From positions 45,769-109,768 of the IMG/VR virus record IMGVR_UViG_3300027869_000006: a DNA stretch of 64,000 bases, one strand, 5' to 3'. The first letter of the stretch is position 1. Every line of letters begins with the position of its first letter. The notes beneath the pieces are model-generated. The model was not told the DNA's origin. It made no database searches and saw nothing but the letters and a program-made list of their open reading frames with translations. A program made the position numbers and the translations under genes. Origin of the DNA: a virus. Below are positions 29,538 to 38,996 of the stretch, piece by piece.

Positions 29538-29965
29538 TTCACATCCTCCACCACAGTAAATGAAGTCATTTCTTCACTGAAACATTCTTGGAAAGTCTCT
29601 GTGTTCTCATAGAAAATCCCTTCCTCATAGACTTCTTGAAAATAGGTCTGATCGTCAATGCTTAATGCAGCTATGGCTGGTGGGAGAATTTGTTCAAGGT
29701 CTATCCATCCATGTGGTCTGTTAGATTGATACTCTGCTAATAGCGATTTATCCCAGTGATGAGTACCATTCTCAAACCAGCTCGAAAGGAGATAACGACA
29801 ATAGGCATTAAGAACATGTTCATTGTTGAGGACAGCTAGGAAGAGGCGGTGTTGCCGCTCATTGTAGGTGTGCTCATCACTATCAGCGCCCGGTGGTATG
29901 GCATCTTCATCGATGGTGATAGTAAAGTCGAGGGTAACGCGAAAGCGTTTTGTTGTTTTGCTCAT
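29534..29965 (-). CDS. Hypothetical protein
   Basis: GAGGAG RBS, MSKTTKRF start, overlaps the rep start. Confidence 0.55.
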   Translation of the reverse strand: MSKTTKRFRVTLDFTITIDEDAIPPGADSDEHTYNERQHRLFLAVLNNEHVLNAYCRYLLSSWFENGTHHWDKSLLAEYQSNRPHGWIDLEQILPPAIAALSIDDQTYFQEVYEEGIFYENTETFQECFSEEMTSFTVVEDVK

Positions 29966-30293
29966 CCCGCTCCTCACTTTCCCATCCACAAAAGAGCATC
30001 GAACTCTAGTACACAATACGGGTACTGTAACGTTTTACTCATAGATACCCCTTCTACTCACCCACGCCCTTGACCATACCTGAAATTTCAGGTACACTTA
30101 GAGCAGAGTGAGACCGTAATAACGTCTCAATGACCGTGAGCAAAAGTTTTGCCGACCGTAGCTCGCGGTCAAACGCATTTTGGAGACATACTCTTTCTTG
30201 TCTCGTGTTTATAACCATTTTAGCACATAATTTCGCAAATTGCAAGCCATTGGTACAATTTGATACAGTAGTTATCTTGATATTATTTGCTTT

Positions 30294-30551
30294 TTGTTGT
30301 ATGCTATGAAAAAGGCTGACAGGAAGGCGGAGCATTTTATGAAAACACGATTGGCATACTGGCGCAAGAAACGGGTACTCTCGATACAAATGTTGGCAGA
30401 TCGAGCTGGGGTTTCCCCAGCTACTATCGTCAATATTGAAAAGCAGAAACACGATCCGAATCCCGAAACACTCCATAAACTGGCAAATGCCCTGAACATC
30501 ACCATAGATGAACTGGTTGTGGATGAGAGCGAAGCGGTACCTGCCGCATGA
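30294..30551 (+). CDS. XRE-family HTH regulator
   Basis: LAYWRKKR.LS...LADRAGVSPATIVNIE...P...TLHKLANALNI. Confidence 0.85.
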   Translation: MLYAMKKADRKAEHFMKTRLAYWRKKRVLSIQMLADRAGVSPATIVNIEKQKHDPNPETLHKLANALNITIDELVVDESEAVPAA

Positions 30552-30628
30552 CGTATGATTGTTCATGAAGGATTGAGAGAGAGACCCCTGGCCCCGTGTG
30601 CTGGCGCCTGCCCCTGCAGGTGGTGTGG

Positions 30629-30985
30629 TCATGGTGTCTGCTCCTGTTCTGTGCTGTCCCTTCCTCCTACCCAGCGCTGCGGACTCGTCACCATTACCGT
30701 GACATCATCGGCCAGGAGAGGACATCCTACCTCATCGAGTGTCGCGTCCACTTCTGCCTCGCTGAGAGAGAAGGTGCGTGCAATATGCTGGACCATCCGT
30801 GTGCGCTGCTCCGGTGTGAGCGTGGTGAGATCGACCTGGTAAAACAGGCCAGCCTCGACACCAGGCGCCTGTGCCCATACTGGAATGGGTGAGAGGATCG
30901 GCACCATTCTCCCACCGAAGACGCGCATCCAAGCGACTGCTCGCTCGCTTGTCTCGCGGATGGTCGCTATATACTCATTACTCAT
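30629..30985 (-). CDS. Hypothetical protein
   Basis: Coupled ORF with RBS. Confidence 0.55.
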   Translation of the reverse strand: MSNEYIATIRETSERAVAWMRVFGGRMVPILSPIPVWAQAPGVEAGLFYQVDLTTLTPEQRTRMVQHIARTFSLSEAEVDATLDEVGCPLLADDVTVMVTSPQRWVGGRDSTEQEQTP

Positions 30986-31413
30986 GGTTCACCTCGCAAG
31001 AGTAAGGCATTGACATCGATGACGGCTGTTGGTCGCTTCCAACTGGCATCGAATGAAAATTCCGAGGCCGTCACCGGACGCCGGACGACCCACCAGTGCT
31101 CAGGTTGCCCGAATGCCTCAAGATCGGCAACGACCTCTTTAGGTGCCCTCTGTCGAATATCCCTCCACTGGACTACTGCCTTACACTGCACGCGATACCG
31201 ATAGGTCAGGCGGTCGCATGTCACATACATGGATTGCAGTCCCACGCTCTCCGGTGTAGGTGGCTCCGCGAAATCAGTCAGCCAGAGCACGGGGCCGAGT
31301 GCAGGCATGAAGGGATGCAGGTTGGGCAGCAGTGTCCCTGTTCGCGTGATCCCGGTGTGTCCGTGGTCACAGGTAAAATGATAGAGCGTGGGTGGCACGT
31401 GTTTGCTGTTCAT
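30982..31413 (-). CDS. Possible ADP-ribosyltransferase-fold protein
   Basis: LYHFT...GI...G.L.P...VLWLTD pattern; start MNSKHV. Confidence 0.45.
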   Translation of the reverse strand: MNSKHVPPTLYHFTCDHGHTGITRTGTLLPNLHPFMPALGPVLWLTDFAEPPTPESVGLQSMYVTCDRLTYRYRVQCKAVVQWRDIRQRAPKEVVADLEAFGQPEHWWVVRRPVTASEFSFDASWKRPTAVIDVNALLLRGEP

Positions 31414-32506
31414 GGCATATCCTCTAGGCTTGTTTTGACTTCCCACAGTTCGGCCATGATTGCACGTGCCTCTGCTTCCTCCTCGGCCTCTGTTCGCTGT
31501 AATTCCCACAGCACCTCTTGTGGGGGAGCAGGCCAACCCCGTGCCTGTCTCACCGGATCAACATCTTCGGGTCGGTGGAAGGTGACGATGAGTTTGACCC
31601 GTTTCTTCTGCTTGCCAATGATCTCGAGTCGTTGGCTATAGAGCATGACCCCGATGCGACCAGGAACCTCTTGCTGTTTCTCATGACTGTAGGTGGCAGG
31701 CCACACTTGCCAGAGCCAGCCACGGGTTGGTTCCCAGATACGCGCTTGCCCATAGAGCGGGAGCGAGGGAATGACCTCGACTTCGCCGACCTCGTGGCCC
31801 AGATACCAGCTCTGGGTGCGGGCAGTAGAGGCATATCTCTGGACGGTGGCCTGCTGCCTTTCAAGTAATGTCAGGGGCATGGTGTCTCTCCCTCGCTTTC
31901 CTCTTCCGGTGTTGCGGGCAGGGGATGTTCGATGAAGTCACGTATGCGCAGCCAGGCACAGAAGACGGCTGGTTGAATGTGAAACCCACTCAACTCTGTG
32001 AGGAGATCGAAGAGAGGAGACAGATGAGGCAAGGCATGCCACTGCTCCTCGGCAATCTCAAGGAACGCGGTAAGGTGTCCATTGTGGACACCTAAGTCAT
32101 ACCAGATGAGAGCGAGAGAGAAATCATGGTCATCCTCCTCGCTCGTGATGAAGACCTTGTGCCGGATGTTCCCGACCGGCCAGGGGACGCTCGTGAAATA
32201 CAAGTGGTCACTCATAAAGTCTCTCCTTTACGTGCTTTGGCCATGCCGACCAACGTCTCGTGTTCGCGTGCCAGCCACACGAGTGCGTGCAGTGCCTCTT
32301 CTGGCGAGAGGAAGAGATAGCCATACTCAACACTCTCGATGAGAATGCCGTCGCCACCTGGGGCGTAACGCAGGGTGTAACGGTTCTTGGGTACTGTGCG
32401 TTTGGGTGTGGTCATGGGAGTTGCCCATTCCAGGGTTCGTAGAGGAGCAGGTGACCGGGGAGGTACCACACGGCCCATGGCCCTACAATGATGTAATACA
32501 TGAGAG

Positions 32507-32860
32507 TCACAGCGCAGACACCTCACTTTCTTTGGGGAGAGCGAGTGCATCGAGAAAGGCACGCAGTTGCACAAATGCCTCGTGCCGGATGGAATAGTAA
32601 TGCTCGGAGCCTGATGATGTCTTGTGACGTTCATAGGTGACTAATCCCGCACGATATAAGTGCGAGAGATGGTACGAGAAGGTTGATTGTGCCATGAGTT
32701 CCTCGCTCCCGGCTTTCCAATAGGTCTGGAGATAGCGTTCGATCAATTTGTATTGCGAGAGCATTCCGTCACTCTGGTGAATCAGGGTGAGGATGCGGAC
32801 GCGTTCGGGCGATCTGATCGCATCGAGCATGTGGGCAATGCGTGTCTCATCATCGGTCAT
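32507..32860 (-). CDS. ArsR-family winged-HTH regulator
   Basis: AIRSPERVRILTLI...MAQSTFSYHLSHLYRAGLV...YYSI. Confidence 0.8.
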   Translation of the reverse strand: MTDDETRIAHMLDAIRSPERVRILTLIHQSDGMLSQYKLIERYLQTYWKAGSEELMAQSTFSYHLSHLYRAGLVTYERHKTSSGSEHYYSIRHEAFVQLRAFLDALALPKESEVSAL

Positions 32861-33411
32861 CAGGCCGCCTCTCCTTCCGCAAAGTAGCGTTGTGCATCGT
32901 GCAGCCAGTAGTAGATTGTTTTGGGACTGACCCCAAAGGAAGGTGCAATCTCACGGGCGGTATACCCGGCGGCTCGTAACTCGATGACGTGTCGGTAGTG
33001 CCTCGGCATCTCTGCGAGAATGAGAGAGAGATCGTGCCGTGCCCCTGCTTCTTCTGGGGTACCGGAGAGAGCGACCTGTTCTTCAAGGACAGCGGTCCAG
33101 CCATCCTCTGTTAACTGGGGGCATAACTCATAGCCATAACTTGTCCCATGCCGTTTTGCATCGAGGGTGACGCGGATGGCGATGGTGAGGAGCCACTTGA
33201 AGAGTGTTCCCTGCTGCTTCACCGTCCCCCACCCTTTCCAGGCCCGCAGGTAGGTTTCCTGTGTCAGGTCACGCGCCTGCTCGCGGTCATGAGTCGTGCG
33301 GTAGAGGATCAGGTAGATTTGCCAGTAAAACCGCTCGACCAACTGGTCATAGGTGATATTCGTATAGCCACCAGGGACTACATCCTCAGTCCGTTCTTGT
33401 GTTGTCTGCAT
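32860..33411 (-). CDS. ECF-type RNA polymerase sigma factor
   Basis: Region 2 ARDLTQETYLRAW...KWLLTIA; region 4 MP..YRHVIEL...GYTAREIA..FGVSPKTI. Confidence 0.85.
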   Translation of the reverse strand: MQTTQERTEDVVPGGYTNITYDQLVERFYWQIYLILYRTTHDREQARDLTQETYLRAWKGWGTVKQQGTLFKWLLTIAIRVTLDAKRHGTSYGYELCPQLTEDGWTAVLEEQVALSGTPEEAGARHDLSLILAEMPRHYRHVIELRAAGYTAREIAPSFGVSPKTIYYWLHDAQRYFAEGEAA

Positions 33412-34396
33412 AGTAGTTTCTCCTCATCCTTCCCCCGCCTGGTGTCTCTGCTGTCCTGATGCTTGACATACCATGATACATCTGGTACAGTGGAGACAAA
33501 GAGGGGAGTTCCTTGAACAGCACTTCCTCTTTGGAAGCAGGTGTATGAGCGACCTTCTCTTCCCCGGAGGTCGCTCTTTGCTATAACTCGCCTCGTTGCT
33601 TCTTCCCATAACAGGATGGGCAATGCGTGCGGAGTGCGATACAGGGACTCATATACTCATGTGTATGCCTCTTACAAATAACCTTCTCGCATGCTTCACA
33701 CTCGGTGTAATGCCGTCCGCCACAAATGTAGCAGGCTTCTTCCTCCGGGGCTTCTACCTGTTCGGGGAGTACCTCGACTTCGGGCAGAGCGATGACGGGT
33801 ACTCTAGTAAGGGTTGCTGTTGTCAAAATAGGTTTCCTTTCTCTTTTAGAGTAGTGGTGTCGTCAACAGTTTCACGACCGTCGCGACATTCACCGTGTCC
33901 AGTTGATCTTCCCGTAGAACAACGGTGACTCCCGCGCACCAGAACACGTGGTCCACCCACTCCCACGGTCGTCGATAGGGAAATGCGGGTGTCCCGACCG
34001 CGACCGCGCTGACCATATTCACATCCCAGGTATGGGCTTCATGCGGGAAGGAGCGACCCAGGATCGGCGTCATGTCAAAGATACCCCACGCCGTTGTTGG
34101 TTCGCTGTCAAGCGAACGGTTCTCACGCGCCGCCTCGCGCACCAATGCACATAATGCCTCCTCCTCAGTGGGTAAGGTCATTGGCCCAGACTCAACACCG
34201 ATCCCGCCAATCTTCTGCATCATGCATTCCTCGCTTTCTCTCCCGCACTTCCCTCTTGCATAAAACAAAATACTATGGTATCATTATACGGTAACAACGT
34301 GATAATGTCAAGATACTCCTGAATATTGACGAAAGGAAGGAAAGAAGGTACCATATGAACATGATAAGAACGCACCATATTTTTATTGGAGGTCTT

Positions 34397-34606
34397 ATGA
34401 GTTCCGAAGACAGTATGGGTGGACAGGAAACAGCAGACTACCTCGGTGTCAGTTATGCCCGTTTGTATACCTTGATGCGAGAGGGAAAGCTGACCCGTTT
34501 GGATGAACCCGATGCACTCCACCGTAAGGCACCATTGCGTTTTCAACGTTCCGAGGTGGAGAAGTTGAAACGCAACGCTGGAAAAAAAAGTCCTGATGCG
34601 GCATAG
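34397..34606 (+). CDS. Excisionase-like HTH protein
   Basis: ETADYLGVS..RLYTLMREGKL...RFQRSEVEKL; GGAGG RBS. Confidence 0.7.
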   Translation: MSSEDSMGGQETADYLGVSYARLYTLMREGKLTRLDEPDALHRKAPLRFQRSEVEKLKRNAGKKSPDAA

Positions 34607-34621
34607 TGAGAGCACATTTCT

Positions 34622-35218
34622 ATGTACTTCATCTATGCACTTGCTGATCCTCGCACTGGCATCATCTGGTATATCGGTATTACGACGGACATGCATCGAC
34701 GCTTTATGCAGCATGTGGGGTGTCAAGGGAATAATCTTGAGAAGAATACATGGATACGAGCATTGAGAAGTGAAACCTTGCTGCCTGCATTGAAGATTCT
34801 TGAGAGTGTCCCGACCAATCAACAAGCCAGGGAACGAGAAGACTATTGGATACAATGGTACCTGGGGGAAGGGATGCCTTTGACAAATATTCTGCAAGAA
34901 AAAGGCGAGCAGCAATCTTCCATGAAATCTTCCCCAAAGACTCCTAAAAAGCCAATCATGAAGTCGGTAGAAGAAGAGGATAGAAAGAAACCGGAACTCA
35001 AAGAGACGCAGCGACGGCTTCACTACTGGCGCACGAGGCGATTTTTTTCGATGGATGACCTGGCAGAACGTTCGGGAGTAGACAAGGGTACTATCTACAA
35101 GATTGAAACGAAGGGTGGTAGACCCAGATATGAGACGGCTGAGAAACTGGCGAAGGCATTGGGTATCACACTTGACGAATTGTACGGCGACGAGGGTCAG
35201 GAAACGAACAGCGCCTAA
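34622..35218 (+). CDS. GIY-YIG nuclease fused to an XRE HTH
   Basis: FIYALADP...WYIGIT...RFMQH...REDYWI...LTN; C-terminal LHYWR..R.FSMDDLAERSGV.KGTIYKIE...KLAKALGI. Confidence 0.8.
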   Translation: MYFIYALADPRTGIIWYIGITTDMHRRFMQHVGCQGNNLEKNTWIRALRSETLLPALKILESVPTNQQAREREDYWIQWYLGEGMPLTNILQEKGEQQSSMKSSPKTPKKPIMKSVEEEDRKKPELKETQRRLHYWRTRRFFSMDDLAERSGVDKGTIYKIETKGGRPRYETAEKLAKALGITLDELYGDEGQETNSA

Positions 35219-35304
35219 ATTGTGAGAGAGATTCCTGTTGGGGCGCATCGAATGATGCCCCATGCTCTGTGCTTGTGTTCGCTGTCGTCTCTCTCTCAGT
35301 TGCT

Positions 35305-35577
35305 TCATGCGCTTTCCTCTGCTCGTTTTCTTCGTGTGGCACTGCCCTTTTTTCCGGCTGCCGAGGCTTCTTCTTTCGTCCAGCAATGCGCGGTACCAGC
35401 AGCATGTGAGGCTGCGCCGCCCATTGCCGCGATCCTCTTGCGCTGTTCGACGGAGAGTGCAGCAAAGCCCTTGTGCAGTTTTCCTTGTGCTGCCGATGGG
35501 GGGGAAAGCATCGGCACCGGAGGAATGTCCTGGGATGGGTCGTGTGGGCGTGCTTTCGTAAAAAATGGTAACTTCAC
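35305..35577 (-). CDS. KGG-repeat (stress-induced, YciG-like) protein
   Basis: GFAALS.EQRKRIAAMGG...EASAAGKKG. Confidence 0.7.
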   Translation of the reverse strand: MKLPFFTKARPHDPSQDIPPVPMLSPPSAAQGKLHKGFAALSVEQRKRIAAMGGAASHAAGTAHCWTKEEASAAGKKGSATRRKRAEESA

Positions 35578-35616
35578 GTGTTTCTCTGCTCCCTTGCCAC
35601 ATGGCTTGAATTGTCT

Positions 35617-36057
35617 CTAGGTGTCCTGTTGTAATTCGGTAAGTATCCCTTTGAGGAGTTCCAGTGCGAGTTTTCCTGCCTCTTCTTTGCTGAAGGTGAA
35701 GCGTGCGACGGCAGTAAACAGATCAAGGCTGGCATCCTCGACCAACGGGACACACGTCGGGAGTTCCGTGAGATCGATCAGTTTCCCAATCTCGCTCGCT
35801 GCCTCTTCAGCGATGAGGATATCCAGGCGTTTGCCTTGCTTCTTCAGCAGTGTGAGGTGATCGGGATGTAGAGCGATTTCCTGTGCCCAGAAGCCCCAAC
35901 CCTTCAGAAAGAGACCAGAGAGACGTTGTACCTGCCGATACATACTGGTTTCGTCTTCTTTGTTGCGAAGGGTGAGGAGCAGCTCGTCTCCCGGCTCAAT
36001 CGTGTATTTGTGTAAACACATCGCGACGAGTTGTGTATACGTGAGTTTTTGTCTCAT
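35617..36057 (-). CDS. Hypothetical protein
   Basis: GAGG RBS. Confidence 0.55.
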   Translation of the reverse strand: MRQKLTYTQLVAMCLHKYTIEPGDELLLTLRNKEDETSMYRQVQRLSGLFLKGWGFWAQEIALHPDHLTLLKKQGKRLDILIAEEAASEIGKLIDLTELPTCVPLVEDASLDLFTAVARFTFSKEEAGKLALELLKGILTELQQDT

Positions 36058-36062
36058 TTACC

Positions 36063-36584
36063 TCAGATGGTTCCTTTCTTGTTGTTGTGTTGTTGAGAGG
36101 CAGTTCGTGCCTCCATCGGCGTCGCGTAGACCGTGAACTTGACCTCGTGCTCCGCGAGCAAGTTGAGGAGTGCCCATCGTTCTTCTTTGTGCCAGGTCGG
36201 ACCCTGTTCCTGGATGTCCCACAGTGCCCGGAAGAGTGCAAGCTTTTCCTGGCCCGTTCCCCTGGAAGAGAAGAGTGCCTCCTCGACCAATGGTTGAGTA
36301 AAGCGAAGCCAGTCTCGTGGCAGTGGGGAATCATACATCTGGATATCCCACAGTGCCCGGAAGATGTCTACCCTGCCGTTCATGGTCAACTTGGAGAAGA
36401 ACAGTGCCTTTTCCAAGAGTGGTTTCATCCAATTGAGCCAATCCGTACGCGTGCAATCACGCACGCGCCGAGGTGTCCCGTCTTCCCCCAAAAAATACCA
36501 GCGTAATTGTTCCTGTGGAAATGCAACGGTAATCCCTGATTCCTTGAAGTATCCACTCCTCGGTTGCTCAATTTTCGTAATCAT
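36063..36584 (-). CDS. Hypothetical protein with internal repeat; N-terminus duplicated beyond tnpB
   Basis: DWL...PL.E.ALF...FRALWDIQ occurs twice; N-terminus homologous to 37855-37949. Confidence 0.7.
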   Translation of the reverse strand: MITKIEQPRSGYFKESGITVAFPQEQLRWYFLGEDGTPRRVRDCTRTDWLNWMKPLLEKALFFSKLTMNGRVDIFRALWDIQMYDSPLPRDWLRFTQPLVEEALFSSRGTGQEKLALFRALWDIQEQGPTWHKEERWALLNLLAEHEVKFTVYATPMEARTASQQHNNKKGTI

Positions 36585-36644
36585 CGTATCCTTCCCCCTT
36601 GTGATACACTAGCAGTCCCTTTGGCTTGTCAGGCCGCTTTACTC

Positions 36645-36673
36645 TTGACATGAACTCCACTATATGGTACAAT
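36645..36673 (+). promoter_or_regulatory. Sigma70-type promoter for leaderless tnpB
   Basis: TTGACA-17 nt-TACAAT, ATG 6 nt downstream. Confidence 0.75.
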
Positions 36674-36679
36674 AGTTCT

Positions 36680-37831
36680 ATGAGAACGTATGAATACCGT
36701 CTCTATCCGAATAAAAAGCAGTACCACTTGCTCATGCAGTGTTTGATGGAGTCTCGCATGCTCTATAACGAGATGTTGAAGACAATCAAGGCACAGTATG
36801 AACAGGATGGTACATTTCCAAGTAAATATGATTTGGATAAACTGTTTCAAGGATGCAGTGGGGAGCATGTCCCTGCTAGTACGGTACAAATGCTTTCTGA
36901 CCGACTCTCCAAGTCCCTTAAACGCTTTCTTAAAGCCCGTGAGTTGGGTATTCCTGATGTAGGCTTTCCGCGATTCAAGAAGCCGAATCGGTGGCATTCC
37001 ATTCAATTGCGACAATACGGTGATAAACAAAGACATCGTAATGTTTGGCTGGATGAAGAGAAGAAACGCTTGTGGGTTCCTAAGAAATTGGGAACCTCTC
37101 TGAAAATTAAGTTGCACCGTAAGATCGAGGGGACCCCCAAAACTGTCCATCTCGTACTTCGTGCAGATGGGCACTGGTATGCCCTGATCGTCTGTGAAAC
37201 AGAGCCACAAACAGACCGTCTTCCAAGCACGTGCGAGCATCCTGCTATTGGTATCGACGTGGGCTTGAAGTCTTTCTTGACTGATAGTGAAGGTCATACC
37301 ATAGCAAATCCGCGCTATTATCGCAAAAGTCAATGCACGCTTCGACGCAAACAACGCACGATGTGCCGACGTAAGAAGGGTTCTCACCGCCGCCGCAAAG
37401 CTGCAAAGAGTACGGCACAAACCCATCTGAAGATTAAACGACAACGCCGTGACCATCATTTCAAGGTTGCCAAACAGTATGCAGAGTCCTACGGGCATAT
37501 TGCCGTGGAAGACCTTCAGATTTTCACTATGGTGCAAAACCATACTCTTGCCAAGAGCATTATGGATGCTGGCTGGGGACAATTCCTTCGTATTCTTGAG
37601 GCCAAGGCTGTAAGTGCCGGACATCAAGTCATTCGAGTGAACCCCCGCTATACCACACAGGCATGCAGTAATTGTGGGGAACTTGTTCACAAGTCCCTCA
37701 GTGTTCGTACGCATATCTGTACCTCCTGTGGCTATATTGCTGACCGTGATGTCAATGCTGCACAAAACATTTTACAACGGGCCGGGCACGGCCTTCAGGG
37801 ACGGTCTCCGTTGGGAGTCCGGTTGAACTGA
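36680..37831 (+). CDS. tnpB: Intact TnpB RNA-guided endonuclease
   Basis: MRTYEYRLYP HTH, GFPRFK, GIDVG, AVEDL, CSNCG/CTSCG zinc finger, DRDVNAAQNI; catalytic D-E-D intact. Confidence 0.92.
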   Translation: MRTYEYRLYPNKKQYHLLMQCLMESRMLYNEMLKTIKAQYEQDGTFPSKYDLDKLFQGCSGEHVPASTVQMLSDRLSKSLKRFLKARELGIPDVGFPRFKKPNRWHSIQLRQYGDKQRHRNVWLDEEKKRLWVPKKLGTSLKIKLHRKIEGTPKTVHLVLRADGHWYALIVCETEPQTDRLPSTCEHPAIGIDVGLKSFLTDSEGHTIANPRYYRKSQCTLRRKQRTMCRRKKGSHRRRKAAKSTAQTHLKIKRQRRDHHFKVAKQYAESYGHIAVEDLQIFTMVQNHTLAKSIMDAGWGQFLRILEAKAVSAGHQVIRVNPRYTTQACSNCGELVHKSLSVRTHICTSCGYIADRDVNAAQNILQRAGHGLQGRSPLGVRLN

Positions 37832-37875
37832 GAAGCCCGTAAGGGAGTTGCCACCAGCGTAACCGCTCCTGTGGG
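37740..37875 (+). ncRNA. Putative TnpB omegaRNA (scaffold to about 37854, guide from 37855)
   Basis: Typical 3' overlap with tnpB: ...GTTGAACTGAGAAGCCCGTAAGGGAGTTGCCAC|CAGCGTAACCGCTCCTGTGG; 5' boundary approximate. Confidence 0.6.
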
Positions 37876-37949
37876 AAGGCGACCGTGCTCCCGCCGTCCT
37901 TGAAATAGCCTGTTCGTGGTTGTTCGATGTCTCGTGATTCTGCTGCCAT
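37855..37949 (-). pseudogene. Orphan 5' fragment of the gene at 36063-36584
   Basis: MAAESRDIEQPRTGYFKDGGSTVAFPQERLRW versus MITKIEQPRSGYFKESGITVAFPQEQLRW; both have an AAGGGGGAAG RBS. Confidence 0.75.
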
Positions 37950-37986
37950 TGCTCTTCCCCCTTTTGGCAATGCTGACTGACAGAAG

Positions 37987-38493
37987 TTAGTGGTCCATGT
38001 GCTCCTCTACGGGTCCTCCGATTTCTGTAGCAAACACCACCCGCCGCTTTTCCGTTTGTTCCGGGTCAATCTCCTCCTCATAGACCTCCCAGGCGTCTAA
38101 TTCCACGACCTCGACCTCCCCAGTATCACAGAGAAGAGAGAGAGATGCTGGTGTTGGGATAGGTACCACCACGGTCTCGGTCTCTGCCAGGTCGCCGCGC
38201 TGCTGGTGTTCCTGCCAATCGGTGATAGGATTGTCGGTCGTTGGCCCACCGGGGCGAAACCAGAGACGCTCGGCCATGCGCAGCGGGTCACTCGGCGCAA
38301 GCTCCTGTCTGCGTGGATAGAGGAACATCTCCCGGTGGATCGCTCGGTAGTAGTCGCCCGGGTTCTTGACGTAGTCCGGGAGTCCAAGTGTCTCTTGTAT
38401 GGCACGCCAATGTGCGCGGCCTGATGCACTCTTCCAGTAGAGCGCACGGGTCTCTTCCGGCAACATGGCCGGATCAAGTGCATATCGTTGCAT
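37987..38493 (-). CDS. Hypothetical protein
   Basis: TAATG coupling to rusA. Confidence 0.6.
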   Translation of the reverse strand: MQRYALDPAMLPEETRALYWKSASGRAHWRAIQETLGLPDYVKNPGDYYRAIHREMFLYPRRQELAPSDPLRMAERLWFRPGGPTTDNPITDWQEHQQRGDLAETETVVVPIPTPASLSLLCDTGEVEVVELDAWEVYEEEIDPEQTEKRRVVFATEIGGPVEEHMDH

Positions 38494-38996
38494 TACCTGT
38501 TGCCCGCAAGCGCGGGTTTCCCCTTTCTTCGTGAGTGTGGGCGAGCTACATCTGGGGGGAGAGGACGTAGCTCTAGGATGTAGAGAGTGATTTCAATGCG
38601 CGGATTGGCCTTGTCGATACGACGGTCAACATGCGCAGTTTCAAATTTATTATCATTGAATCCAAGAACCGTTGCGATCAAGTCAAGGGTCGCCTTCAGC
38701 CGATTGAGCACATCGCTTCTTCTTGAAGGCACATACACCCAGGCATCACATCCAAGCACGGAGGCCCGCGCCCAATCAGGATGGTATATCCCTTGACTGA
38801 GGAGAATGTAGCCAGCATCGTGTTGCCAATCGCGGAGCTTTCGGCTGCTAATGAAGCGGGTCCCCAGTGAGCCATCCTTTTTCCTGAAGGAGATAGGAGT
38901 GTACATCTCATTCTCGGAAGGCGGCAATGGGAGCTCGAAGGTTGCCTCCTTCAAACGAAATCGTGTGAGAGGTGCGTTTGGAAGAATGAGCTTCAT
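38493..38996 (-). CDS. rusA: RusA-like Holliday junction resolvase
   Basis: LPLPPSENEMY...RRSDVLNRLKATLD...NDNKF...NPRIEI; start reassigned to ATG 38996. Confidence 0.75.
   Translation of the reverse strand: MKLILPNAPLTRFRLKEATFELPLPPSENEMYTPISFRKKDGSLGTRFISSRKLRDWQHDAGYILLSQGIYHPDWARASVLGCDAWVYVPSRRSDVLNRLKATLDLIATVLGFNDNKFETAHVDRRIDKANPRIEITLYILELRPLPPDVARPHSRRKGKPALAGNR

Noticed and set aside
34220-35602. 460-aa minus-strand ORF
   Set aside because: Overlaps recognisable HTH, GIY-YIG and KGG genes in other frames; no motifs
36629-37765. 378-aa minus-strand ORF
   Set aside because: Antisense shadow of tnpB
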